Source: Tubiluchus corallicola (Eukaryota; Animalia; Priapulida). From it: a DNA stretch of 25,005 bases. The translations under genes and the position numbers were made by a program. This document shows positions 7,995 through 16,492 of the stretch, in pieces (positions within the stretch are counted from its first letter, which is position 1; every line of letters begins with the position of its first letter). Location of the stretch: contig JAQGDQ010002472.1 of assembly GCA_030141605.1 (NCBI GenBank), positions 1 through 25,005 of the forward strand. Reading direction: 5' to 3'. The notes below the pieces were generated by a model. That model was not told the origin of the DNA. It searched no databases and saw nothing but the letters and a program-made list of their open reading frames with translations.

Positions 7995-9548
7995 TTATTT
8001 ATATTCTTTAATATCTATCTCAGACATATCTTGGAAAAATATAGGATATGTTTTATACCCAGTTATATTTTTTTTCATAGCAGCTACAAAATTAGGATCC
8101 ATTAAATATATTGCTGCTATGTCTTTTGTAAGAATTTCCTGTGCTGTTTTATAATAGTTTATTCTTTTAGATTTATCAACTTCCTTTAAGGCATTTTCCA
8201 TTACTTTATCAAAATCAAGATTTTTATAATTAAAAAAATTTCTTTCAAAATCACTTATATAAAATTGTAAAGTTGGATACGGGTCTCCTTCTCCTGTAAT
8301 TCCAATTACAGTACCTTCATAGTTTCTATTTATATATATTTTTTCAAGCCATTTATCAAATCCAATAGTCCTTACTTCAATGTCTATTTTTATTTTTTTA
8401 AGTTGCTTAGCAATTAATTTTCCTAAAGTAGTATATTCTTTTCCAGAGGTGTATAAAATAAACTTAAATCCTTTTTCATATCCTGCTTCTTTCATTAACT
8501 TTTTAGCTTTTTTTAAGTTGTATTCATAATAAACATCGAGATTTTTATTGTACACTTCATTCATTACAGGACTCATATTTGAACTAAGCATTTTAGCATG
8601 ACCTAAAAACACAGAATCAATAAGTTCTTTTTTATTAATAGCATAACTAATTGCTTCTCTTACTTTGATATTTTTAAACTTTTCACTATTTAAATTTAGC
8701 GCTAACAGATTTATTTTATTTTGGCTACTTTCTACAATTAGCTCACTTGCAAGTTTTCCTGCAGATTCAATATCAATATGAGGCAATATGTCAAGTTCTC
8801 CTATTTCATAAAGCCTAGTTGCTACTTCATCTTCTAAAAATATAAATTCAACTTCGTCTAAATAAGGAATGTTTTCTTGCCAGTAGTCCTCAAATTTTTT
8901 AAATACTATCTTCTTTCCTTTAATATACTCTTTTAGTTTAAACGGGCCTGTTCCTATAGGATTACTTTCATAATTTGAAATACCTTTTTTTAGTATAGCC
9001 CTTGTTAACTCGTTAGGAAATGAACTATCTACTTCCTTTAAGGTTATTGTAAGTTCGTTTTCATTTATTTCTATATTTTTAATATTTTTGAATGATCTTC
9101 TTTCTAGTGCGTATCCATACTTCCCAGATAATTTTTCAAGTGAAAAAATAACATCTTCCATTTTTAAATCACTGCCATCATGAAACTTTATTCCATCTCT
9201 AACTTTCATAGAGTATACTTTTCCATTTTCTGAAACTGTATAGTCAGTTACGAGATAAGGTATTATTTTACCCTCAGAGTTTAACTTTAAAAGTCCTTCA
9301 TACATGTTATTAATGACCTCTAGTGTCCCAGATCCTTCTGCTATATGAGGGTCTAATGAACTTAAATCATGATATGCTCTTATTTTTATATATTTTTTTC
9401 CATTTATGATTTCCTTGTTATCGCTACTTTCTTTTTGAAGATTGTCTTGTTTTGAATTTTTTCTTCTATTTTCAAATTTATTTTGATTTTGATTGTTACA
9501 AGACATTATGATAAGTAGTAATAAACTAATAATTGCAAGTTTTTTCAT
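7995..9548 (-). CDS. Family-5 ABC solute-binding lipoprotein, paralog 3
   Basis: Lipobox IMSC; LDPH...YEGL, KFHDGS, PIGTGPF, VREAISYAINK. Confidence 0.93.
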   Translation of the reverse strand: MKKLAIISLLLLIIMSCNNQNQNKFENRRKNSKQDNLQKESSDNKEIINGKKYIKIRAYHDLSSLDPHIAEGSGTLEVINNMYEGLLKLNSEGKIIPYLVTDYTVSENGKVYSMKVRDGIKFHDGSDLKMEDVIFSLEKLSGKYGYALERRSFKNIKNIEINENELTITLKEVDSSFPNELTRAILKKGISNYESNPIGTGPFKLKEYIKGKKIVFKKFEDYWQENIPYLDEVEFIFLEDEVATRLYEIGELDILPHIDIESAGKLASELIVESSQNKINLLALNLNSEKFKNIKVREAISYAINKKELIDSVFLGHAKMLSSNMSPVMNEVYNKNLDVYYEYNLKKAKKLMKEAGYEKGFKFILYTSGKEYTTLGKLIAKQLKKIKIDIEVRTIGFDKWLEKIYINRNYEGTVIGITGEGDPYPTLQFYISDFERNFFNYKNLDFDKVMENALKEVDKSKRINYYKTAQEILTKDIAAIYLMDPNFVAAMKKNITGYKTYPIFFQDMSEIDIKEYK

Positions 9549-9567
9549 TACTCCCCCGTGATAAGCT

Positions 9568-11091
9568 TTATTTTATATCTATTTCTGACATATCCTGAAA
9601 AAATACAGGGTATACTTTATAACCTGTTATGTTCCTTTTCATTGCAACTATAAAATCAGGGTCCATAAGATATATAGCTGCTTGATCTTTTGCAAGTATT
9701 TCTTGAGCTTTTTTATAGTATACAATTCTTTCTTCTAAATCATTTTCCTTTAAAGCTTTATCCATTACTTCATCAAAAGCTATATTTTGATAATTAAAAA
9801 AATTACGGTTAAAGTTGCTAATGTAAAACTCTAATGTTGGATAAGGGTCCCCCTCTCCTGTTATTCCTATAACAGTACCTTCATAGTCTCTATTTTTATA
9901 TACTTTTTCAAGCCATACTTCGAAATCTATTTTTTCTACGTTTACCTTTATATCTACTTCTTCTAATTGTTTAGCTATCAAGTTAGCTAGCTTTGTATAC
10001 TCGTAACCAGGAGTGTGTAGAGTGAACTCTAAAGTTTTATTTCCATTTGCTTCTATTAGTAAATTTCTTGCTTTAATTCTATCATATTCATAATATTTTT
10101 CTAAGTTATCATTATAGTAATCAATCATAGGTGGGGCCATGTTGGAATGGATTAGTTTTGCATACCCTGAAAAAGCATCATTAATTAGTTTTTCTTTATC
10201 TAAAGCATAATCTATAGCCTCCCTTACTCTTTGGTCCTTAAATTTTTCATTAGATAAGTTTAGGGCTAATAAATTAATTTTATTTTGTCCACTTCTGATT
10301 ATATGCTCGCTTTCAAGTTTTTTTGCGCCAATAGCATCAAGGTGAGGCAGTATATCAATTTCTTTATTTTGGTATTTTTTTATAGCCTCTTCTAAATCCC
10401 TTATAAAAATAAACTCAACTTCATCTATTAGTGGCCACCTAGAATTCCAGTAGTCTTCGAATTTTTCTAGAATAACTTTCTCACCTTTTATATAATCTTT
10501 TAATTTGAATGGGCCTGTTCCTATAGGATTTATCTCATAATCTAAAAGTCCTTTTTTTAAAATAGGTTTTGTTAATTCATTTAAAAAAGCGCTATTTGTT
10601 TCTTTTAGGTTTATAATAATGTTGTTTTTTTGTATTTCTATAGAATCAATATTAGAAAAGGGCTTATTTTCTAATGATTTTCCATGTTTTCCTGAAAGTT
10701 TTTCAATAGAAAATACAACATCCTCAATAGTTAGATCACTACCATCATGGAATTTTACACCCTGTCTAATTTGCATAGTATATAGTTTTCCATCTTGAGA
10801 TATACTGTATTTTTCTGCTAATTTAGGAATGATATTACCGCTAGGGCCTAATTTAACTAAACCTTCATACATATTATTAATAACTTCTAATGTCCCAGAT
10901 CCTTCTGCTATATGCGGATCAAACGAGCTTAAGTCATGAAATGCTCGTACTCTTATAATTTTCTTCCCTTTTATTTTTTCAACAATTTTTCTATTTTCAG
11001 TTATAATTACTTCTTTTATTGTTTCTAAATCTTTACTTTTTTTATTGCAGCTTATTAAAATTAATAAAATAATAAATAGTATTTTCTTCAT
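9568..11091 (-). CDS. Family-5 ABC solute-binding lipoprotein, paralog 2
   Basis: Lipobox LISC; FDPH...YEGL, KFHDGS, PIGTGPF, VREAIDYALDK. Confidence 0.93.
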   Translation of the reverse strand: MKKILFIILLILISCNKKSKDLETIKEVIITENRKIVEKIKGKKIIRVRAFHDLSSFDPHIAEGSGTLEVINNMYEGLVKLGPSGNIIPKLAEKYSISQDGKLYTMQIRQGVKFHDGSDLTIEDVVFSIEKLSGKHGKSLENKPFSNIDSIEIQKNNIIINLKETNSAFLNELTKPILKKGLLDYEINPIGTGPFKLKDYIKGEKVILEKFEDYWNSRWPLIDEVEFIFIRDLEEAIKKYQNKEIDILPHLDAIGAKKLESEHIIRSGQNKINLLALNLSNEKFKDQRVREAIDYALDKEKLINDAFSGYAKLIHSNMAPPMIDYYNDNLEKYYEYDRIKARNLLIEANGNKTLEFTLHTPGYEYTKLANLIAKQLEEVDIKVNVEKIDFEVWLEKVYKNRDYEGTVIGITGEGDPYPTLEFYISNFNRNFFNYQNIAFDEVMDKALKENDLEERIVYYKKAQEILAKDQAAIYLMDPDFIVAMKRNITGYKVYPVFFQDMSEIDIK

Positions 11092-11141
11092 CCCACATCC
11101 CCCTATGGTTAAAATACTAAAGCAATTTACTTATACTAACT

Positions 11142-12653
11142 TTATAATTTTATATCAATTTCTGACATATCTTGAAAGAATATAGGGTATGTTTTATACC
11201 CAGTTATATTTTTTTTCATAGCCACTATATAGTTAGGATCCATAAGATATATTGCAGCTTGATCTTTTGCAAGTATTTCTTGCGCCTCTTTATATAAATC
11301 TATTCTTTTATTCAAGTTGTTCTCCTTCAGTGCGTTTTCCATTATGTTATCATAACTAAGGTTTTTATAGTTAAAAAAATTTCTACTATAATCACTGATA
11401 TATCTTTTTAGTATATGGTATGGATCGCTTTTACCAGTTAGTCCAATAATAGTACCTTCATAATCTTTATTAGAATACACTTTTTCAAGCCATGTTGAAA
11501 ATTCAATAGTTTCTATTTCAACATTAATATCTATTTTTTTTAATTGTTCTGCTATTATTTGAGCTAAATTAATATATTCATCTCCAGAGACTTGAAGGCT
11601 GAAGCTAAATCCATTCTCATAACCTTCTTCTTTCAATAATCTTTTTGCTTTATCAATATCATACTCATAGTATTTGTCTAAATTTTTATTATAATAATCA
11701 CCCATGGCAGGGCTCATATTTGAATGGATTATCTCTGCATGCCCTGAAAAAGATAATTCAATAAGAGATTCTTTATTAATTGCATAGTTTATTGCTTTTC
11801 TTATATTTTGTTTTTTAAATTTTTCATCTTTTATATTTAATGCTAAAATATTAATTTTATTTTGTGCACTTTCCACAATGTGTTCATTTACTAAAATATC
11901 AGCTATGTCTGTGTTAATATGGGGAAGTATATCTAGTTCGCCACTTTGGTATGCAAGTAATGCACTATTTAAATTTTCAAGAAATAAAAACTCAACTTCA
12001 TCTAAGTAAGGGAGTTCAGGGTTCCAGTAGTCATTAAATTTTTGAAATATAAGTCTTTGACCATGGACATATTCCTTTAGTTTGAAAGGTCCAGTTCCTA
12101 TAATTTCATCACTATAATTAGAAATATCTTTTTTTAGTATTGCTTTTGTCAAATCATTTAGAAAAGCACTATTTATTTCTTTTAATGTAATAATTACATT
12201 ATTATTATTTTTTTCAATTTTCTCAATATTTTTAAACTCGTTCTTTCCTGTTTCTTCTCCATGTTTTCCAGCTAGTCTTTCAAGGGAAAAAATAACATCA
12301 TCTGTAGTAAGAATACTACCGTCATGAAACTTTACACCTTCTCTTATTTCCATAGTGTAAACCTTACCATTATCTGATACTTTATAACTTTTGGCCAAGC
12401 TTGGGGCAAGAGCTCCATTTGGAGTTAGCTTAAGTAATCCTTCATAAAGGTTGTTGATTACCTCTAGAGTCCCAGATCCTTCTGCTATATGTGGGTCTAG
12501 TGAATCAATATCATGAAATGCTCTTACTTTAACAACTTTTTTTTCTTCAGCAGTGTTATAATGTGTACTTGATTTTTCTTTATTATCTGACTTAGAACAT
12601 GAGATTATAAATAAGAATATCAATAATAAAAATACTTTATTTTTCACTATCAT
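11142..12653 (-). CDS. Family-5 ABC solute-binding lipoprotein, paralog 1
   Basis: Lipobox IISC; LDPH...YEGL, KFHDGS, IGTGPF. The start overlaps the marR stop (ATGA, 12650-12653). Confidence 0.93.
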   Translation of the reverse strand: MIVKNKVFLLLIFLFIISCSKSDNKEKSSTHYNTAEEKKVVKVRAFHDIDSLDPHIAEGSGTLEVINNLYEGLLKLTPNGALAPSLAKSYKVSDNGKVYTMEIREGVKFHDGSILTTDDVIFSLERLAGKHGEETGKNEFKNIEKIEKNNNNVIITLKEINSAFLNDLTKAILKKDISNYSDEIIGTGPFKLKEYVHGQRLIFQKFNDYWNPELPYLDEVEFLFLENLNSALLAYQSGELDILPHINTDIADILVNEHIVESAQNKINILALNIKDEKFKKQNIRKAINYAINKESLIELSFSGHAEIIHSNMSPAMGDYYNKNLDKYYEYDIDKAKRLLKEEGYENGFSFSLQVSGDEYINLAQIIAEQLKKIDINVEIETIEFSTWLEKVYSNKDYEGTIIGLTGKSDPYHILKRYISDYSRNFFNYKNLSYDNIMENALKENNLNKRIDLYKEAQEILAKDQAAIYLMDPNYIVAMKKNITGYKTYPIFFQDMSEIDIKL

Positions 12654-13102
12654 TTACCCCTTTTAGTTTTACCTAATTTTTTTAGTAAGCTTATTAACTG
12701 CTTTTTTTCTTTTTCACTTAAGATATCAAATCTATTATTTAATTTTTCTAGATAAACTAAAAATATTTTATTTATTATATCTTCGCCTTTTTTTGTGATA
12801 TTTATAATATGTTTTCTTTTATCATTTAAAGATTTAGTTTTTTTTATGTAATTTTCTTTTTCTAAATTTTTCAAAATAACTGTCATTGTTCCACCAGTTG
12901 AGAATGTTTTTTCAATTATTTCCTTTACAGATAAGCTATTTTCATAATATAGTAGCTCTAGTACAATAAATTGAGAATCTGTAAATCCCTCCTTTCTTGG
13001 AATATCATATACATCTTTGCTAACAGCTATATAGCACCTTTCTAGTATCAGTAATAACTTCATATCTTCTCTATAATTTTTAAATATGTTCTTATCTTTC
13101 AT
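12650..13102 (-). CDS. MarR-family transcriptional regulator (MhqR-like)
   Basis: QFIVLELLY...FSTGGTMTVILKNLEKENYI...DKR...ITKKG winged-helix pattern. The MhqR resemblance is from recall of the family pattern. Confidence 0.92.
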   Translation of the reverse strand: MKDKNIFKNYREDMKLLLILERCYIAVSKDVYDIPRKEGFTDSQFIVLELLYYENSLSVKEIIEKTFSTGGTMTVILKNLEKENYIKKTKSLNDKRKHIINITKKGEDIINKIFLVYLEKLNNRFDILSEKEKKQLISLLKKLGKTKRGK

Positions 13103-13108
13103 AAAGGA

Positions 13109-13137
13109 ATTATACTACTAATTAGTAATGATTTCAA
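13109..13137 (-). promoter_or_regulatory. Sigma70/SigA promoter of the marR-SBP-dpp operon, with a 12-bp palindrome in the spacer
   Basis: Minus strand TTGAAA (13132-13137), 17-bp spacer, TATAAT (13109-13114). The spacer holds TACTAATTAGTA (13116-13127). The -10 is only 6 nt from the ATG. Confidence 0.8.
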
Positions 13138-13289
13138 ATATTTTATAACAAAAGCATTCTAAGAATTTAAAAATTAATTATATACTCTAAAATAATCTAG
13201 ATAAATATTGTGCCAAACATTTTTTTATATAAAATAAATTGATTTTGAAATGTTATAATTTATATTTACAGAATTTACATAAAATATCT

Positions 13290-13319
13290 TTGAAAAATGT
13301 GAGTAAACTATGATATAAT
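13290..13319 (+). promoter_or_regulatory. Promoter for the deo operon (extended -10)
   Basis: TTGAAA (13290-13295), 18-bp spacer, TGaTATAAT (13311-13319). A second TGtTATAAT lies at 13251-13259. Confidence 0.65.
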
Positions 13320-13354
13320 AGATGCCTAATAGTATAAATTAAGGAGGGAAATTT

Positions 13355-14020
13355 ATGAAATTAAATAAATATATAGATCACACAACACTAAAAGCTTATA
13401 CTGATGAGAGTACAATTGAAAAGTTATGTGAGGAAGCCATAAGATATGATTTTTATGCAGTGTGTGTAAATGGATCGTATGTTTCGTTAGCTAGAAAACT
13501 ATTAAATGAAACAAATATAAAAATTGCTTCAGTTGTAGGTTTTCCTTTAGGAGCAATGGAAAAAACAGCTAAAGCATATGAAGCTCAAAAGGCTATAAAA
13601 GATGGAGCAGATGAAATAGATATGGTTATTAATGTTGGATTACTTAAGTCTAGAAAATACAAAGAAGTTGAAGAAGAAATAAGAGAAGTAAAAGAAGCTA
13701 TTGGAGAAAAAACATTAAAAGTAATACTAGAAACTTGTTATTTAACAAATCAGGAAAAAATAATAGCTTGTCAAGCATCACTAAGTGCTAAAGCAGATTT
13801 TATAAAAACATCAACAGGATTTGGAACAGGTGGAGCAACAATAGATGATATAAAGATAATGAAAGAAGTAGCTGGGGATAAAATGGAAATAAAGGCATCT
13901 GGAGGAATAAAAAATAAGGAAACAGCGCTGAAATATATAGAATTAGGCGTTACTAGGATAGGAACTAGCTCTGGAATTGAAATAGTTTTAGGGAAAGAAG
14001 GGGATCCAGCAGAGTACTAA
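13355..14020 (+). CDS. deoC: Deoxyribose-phosphate aldolase
   Basis: IDHT, VVGFPLG, GADEIDMVIN, LKVILET, FIKTSTGF, IKASGGI, RIGTSSG; SD AAGGAGG. Confidence 0.98.
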   Translation: MKLNKYIDHTTLKAYTDESTIEKLCEEAIRYDFYAVCVNGSYVSLARKLLNETNIKIASVVGFPLGAMEKTAKAYEAQKAIKDGADEIDMVINVGLLKSRKYKEVEEEIREVKEAIGEKTLKVILETCYLTNQEKIIACQASLSAKADFIKTSTGFGTGGATIDDIKIMKEVAGDKMEIKASGGIKNKETALKYIELGVTRIGTSSGIEIVLGKEGDPAEY

Positions 14021-14042
14021 ACTCTTAGCTAAGGAGGAAATT

Positions 14043-15218
14043 ATGATACCTATTGAAAGAGTAACAATAATTGTTTTAGATAGTTTAGGGGTAGGTCACT
14101 TGCCAGATGCTGAGATATACGGAGATAAAGGAGCTAACACACTTGCAAATATTGCAAAGTCAACAGGGAGCTTATACCTACCTAACTTGGAGAAATTAGG
14201 TTTAGGAAAAATTACAAAAGTAGATGGACTAAGGGATAATATAGAGTCAATAGGAGCTTATGGAAAAGCTAGAGAAATGTCTAAAGGAAAAGATACTACA
14301 ACAGGGCACTGGGAAATAGCTGGAATCGTATCAAAAACTCCGTTTCCTACCTATAGCAATGGTTTTCCTAAGGAAGTAATAAAAGAATTTGAAGAAATAA
14401 CAGGGAGAAAAGTTATTGGAAACATTCCTGCTTCAGGAACAAAGATATTAGATGACCTTGGAGAAAGTCAGATGGCAACAGGTAATTGGATTTTGTACAC
14501 ATCAGCTGATCCAGTTTTTCAATTAGCTGCTCATGAAAAAATTATTCCCTTAGAAGAACTTTACAAGGCTTGTGAAATAGCCTTAGATATATGTAATAGA
14601 AAAGCTCCTGTAGCACGAGTTATAGCAAGACCTTATGTAGGTGAGGGTAAAGGTAAGTTTACAAGAACTCCAAATAGACATGATTATTCAGTAAACCCTC
14701 CTAAGAAAACTGTGCTTGACAAAATAAAAGACAAAGGATTAGATGTCATTGCTATAGGAAAAACGAAAGATATTTTTGCAGGAAATGGTATTACAGAAAG
14801 CAAAGGAACAAATAAAAATAATTTAGATGGAATACAAAAGACAATAGAGGCTTTAAAAAACGACACAAAAGGGCTTATATTCACAAATCTAGTTGATTTT
14901 GACATGTTGTATGGTCATAGAAGGAACCCTAAAGGGTATAGAAAAGCTCTAGAGGAATTTGATAAATATTTACCTGAGATAAAAGAAAACTTAAAGGAAA
15001 ATGAAATACTTATATTAACTGCAGATCATGGGTGTGATCCAACATATGAAGGAACTGACCATACTAGAGAGTATGTGCCGATACTAGTTTATGGAAAAAA
15101 GATAAAAAGAAATGTAGATTTGGGAACGAGAAAGACTTTTGCAGATATAGCTTTAACAATTGAAGAGCTGTTGCTTTTGCATAAAAATACAGGTAGCTTT
15201 GCTAAGGACATACTTTAA
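14043..15218 (+). CDS. deoB: Phosphopentomutase
   Basis: IVLDSLGVG, GKDTTTGHWE, YTSADPVFQ, RVIARP, NLVDFDMLYGHRR, TADHGCDP, DHTREYVP. Confidence 0.98.
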   Translation: MIPIERVTIIVLDSLGVGHLPDAEIYGDKGANTLANIAKSTGSLYLPNLEKLGLGKITKVDGLRDNIESIGAYGKAREMSKGKDTTTGHWEIAGIVSKTPFPTYSNGFPKEVIKEFEEITGRKVIGNIPASGTKILDDLGESQMATGNWILYTSADPVFQLAAHEKIIPLEELYKACEIALDICNRKAPVARVIARPYVGEGKGKFTRTPNRHDYSVNPPKKTVLDKIKDKGLDVIAIGKTKDIFAGNGITESKGTNKNNLDGIQKTIEALKNDTKGLIFTNLVDFDMLYGHRRNPKGYRKALEEFDKYLPEIKENLKENEILILTADHGCDPTYEGTDHTREYVPILVYGKKIKRNVDLGTRKTFADIALTIEELLLLHKNTGSFAKDIL

Positions 15219-15289
15219 AAGTTAATTTGCATAAGAGGGTGTAAAATAAAAAAAGAAGTACGGAGCAATTAATTTGAGGAGGTTAATTT

Positions 15290-15991
15290 ATGAGTATACA
15301 TATAAAAGCAAGGAAAGGTGATATTGCAGAAACAGTTTTGCTGCCAGGAGACCCTTTAAGAGCAAAATGGATATCAGAAACATTTTTAGAAAATTCAACT
15401 TGTTATAACACAGTAAGGGGAATGTATGGATATACAGGGACTTATAATGGTGAAAAGGTGTCAGTTCAAGGAACAGGTATGGGAGCTCCATCAATAGCAA
15501 TTTATGCAACGGAATTAATTACAGAATTTCAATGTAAAAATTTAATAAGGATAGGTTCAGCAGGCTCTTACAAAGAAGAAGTAAAAATAAGAGACATTGT
15601 TATTGCAATGGCTGCTTCAACAACTTCAGGGATAAATAAATTAAGGTTTAATGGTGCAGATTATGCGCCTACAGCTGACTTTGATTTATTCATGAAGGCA
15701 GTGGAAATGGCTAAAAATAAAAATATTGATATAAAAGCAGGAAATATATTAACTTCAGATGAGTTTTATGGAGATAATTTTAATGACTATAAAAAATGGG
15801 CTGACTTTGGAGTTTTAGCTGTTGAAATGGAAACTTCAGCACTTTATACAGTTGCTGCAAAACATAAGGCAAAAGCTTTAAGCGTTTTAACAATAAGTGA
15901 TTCTTTAGTAACTGGGGAAGCAACAACTTCAGAGGAAAGAGAGACAACCTTTAAAGGAATGGTTGAGATTGCTTTAGGTGCAGCATTATAA
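15290..15991 (+). CDS. deoD: Purine-nucleoside phosphorylase, DeoD type
   Basis: [34 protein letters not shown]. Confidence 0.98.
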   Translation: MSIHIKARKGDIAETVLLPGDPLRAKWISETFLENSTCYNTVRGMYGYTGTYNGEKVSVQGTGMGAPSIAIYATELITEFQCKNLIRIGSAGSYKEEVKIRDIVIAMAASTTSGINKLRFNGADYAPTADFDLFMKAVEMAKNKNIDIKAGNILTSDEFYGDNFNDYKKWADFGVLAVEMETSALYTVAAKHKAKALSVLTISDSLVTGEATTSEERETTFKGMVEIALGAAL

Positions 15992-16048
15992 ATTAAATTG
16001 TTAATGTCCATTTATACTTTGACTTGCAAAATGAATCTAGGAGGAAAA

Positions 16049-16468
16049 TTGAAATATACAGAAAAGGAAGTAGAATATTTTTTAGATTTAGCAATAGAAG
16101 TAAGAATAAATGCTTATGTAAAGTACTCTAATTTTTCAGTTGGGGCTATAGTTGTTGGGGATAATAAAAAGATATATAAAGGTGTAAATGTAGAAAATGC
16201 ATCATATGGGCTTAGCAATTGTGGAGAACGTAGTGCAATTTACAATGCAATAACAGATGGTGTCAAAAAAATAGAAGTTGTAGTAGTAGTAGCAAACACT
16301 CAAAAACCTGTTAGCCCTTGTGGTGCTTGTAGGCAAGTTATAAAAGAATTTTCAACCAAAGATACGATAGTAATTTCTGGAAACCTAAAAAAAGAGTACA
16401 AAGTATTTAAAATAGATGAACTTTTACCTTATGGATTTAACGAAACAGATTTAAGCTATAATGGATAA
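16049..16468 (+). CDS. cdd: Cytidine deaminase (homotetrameric type); start revised to TTG 16049
   Basis: AYVKYSNFSVGA, NVENASYG, CGER and PCGACRQ zinc motifs. AGGAGG at 16039-16044 precedes the in-frame TTG at 16049; the track start at 15998 has no SD. Confidence 0.93.
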   Translation: MKYTEKEVEYFLDLAIEVRINAYVKYSNFSVGAIVVGDNKKIYKGVNVENASYGLSNCGERSAIYNAITDGVKKIEVVVVVANTQKPVSPCGACRQVIKEFSTKDTIVISGNLKKEYKVFKIDELLPYGFNETDLSYNG

Positions 16469-16492
16469 AGTTATAAAAAAGAGAGAAAAATT

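Noticed and set aside
9325-12491. 23-nt repeat in three copies as a CRISPR or DGR repeat
   Set aside because: Copies are about 1.57 kb apart inside paralogous coding sequence; there are no cas or reverse-transcriptase genes in the window.
15219-15289. Possible riboswitch (purine or preQ1-like) between deoB and deoD
   Set aside because: Only a weak AT-rich imperfect stem. A TACACCCTCT resemblance to preQ1-I is on the non-coding strand and lacks its pairing partner. No purine-aptamer core was seen here or upstream of deoC.
15998-16048. N-terminal extension of cdd in the ORF track
   Set aside because: The SD at 16039-16044 supports the TTG at 16049; the extension has no deaminase features.
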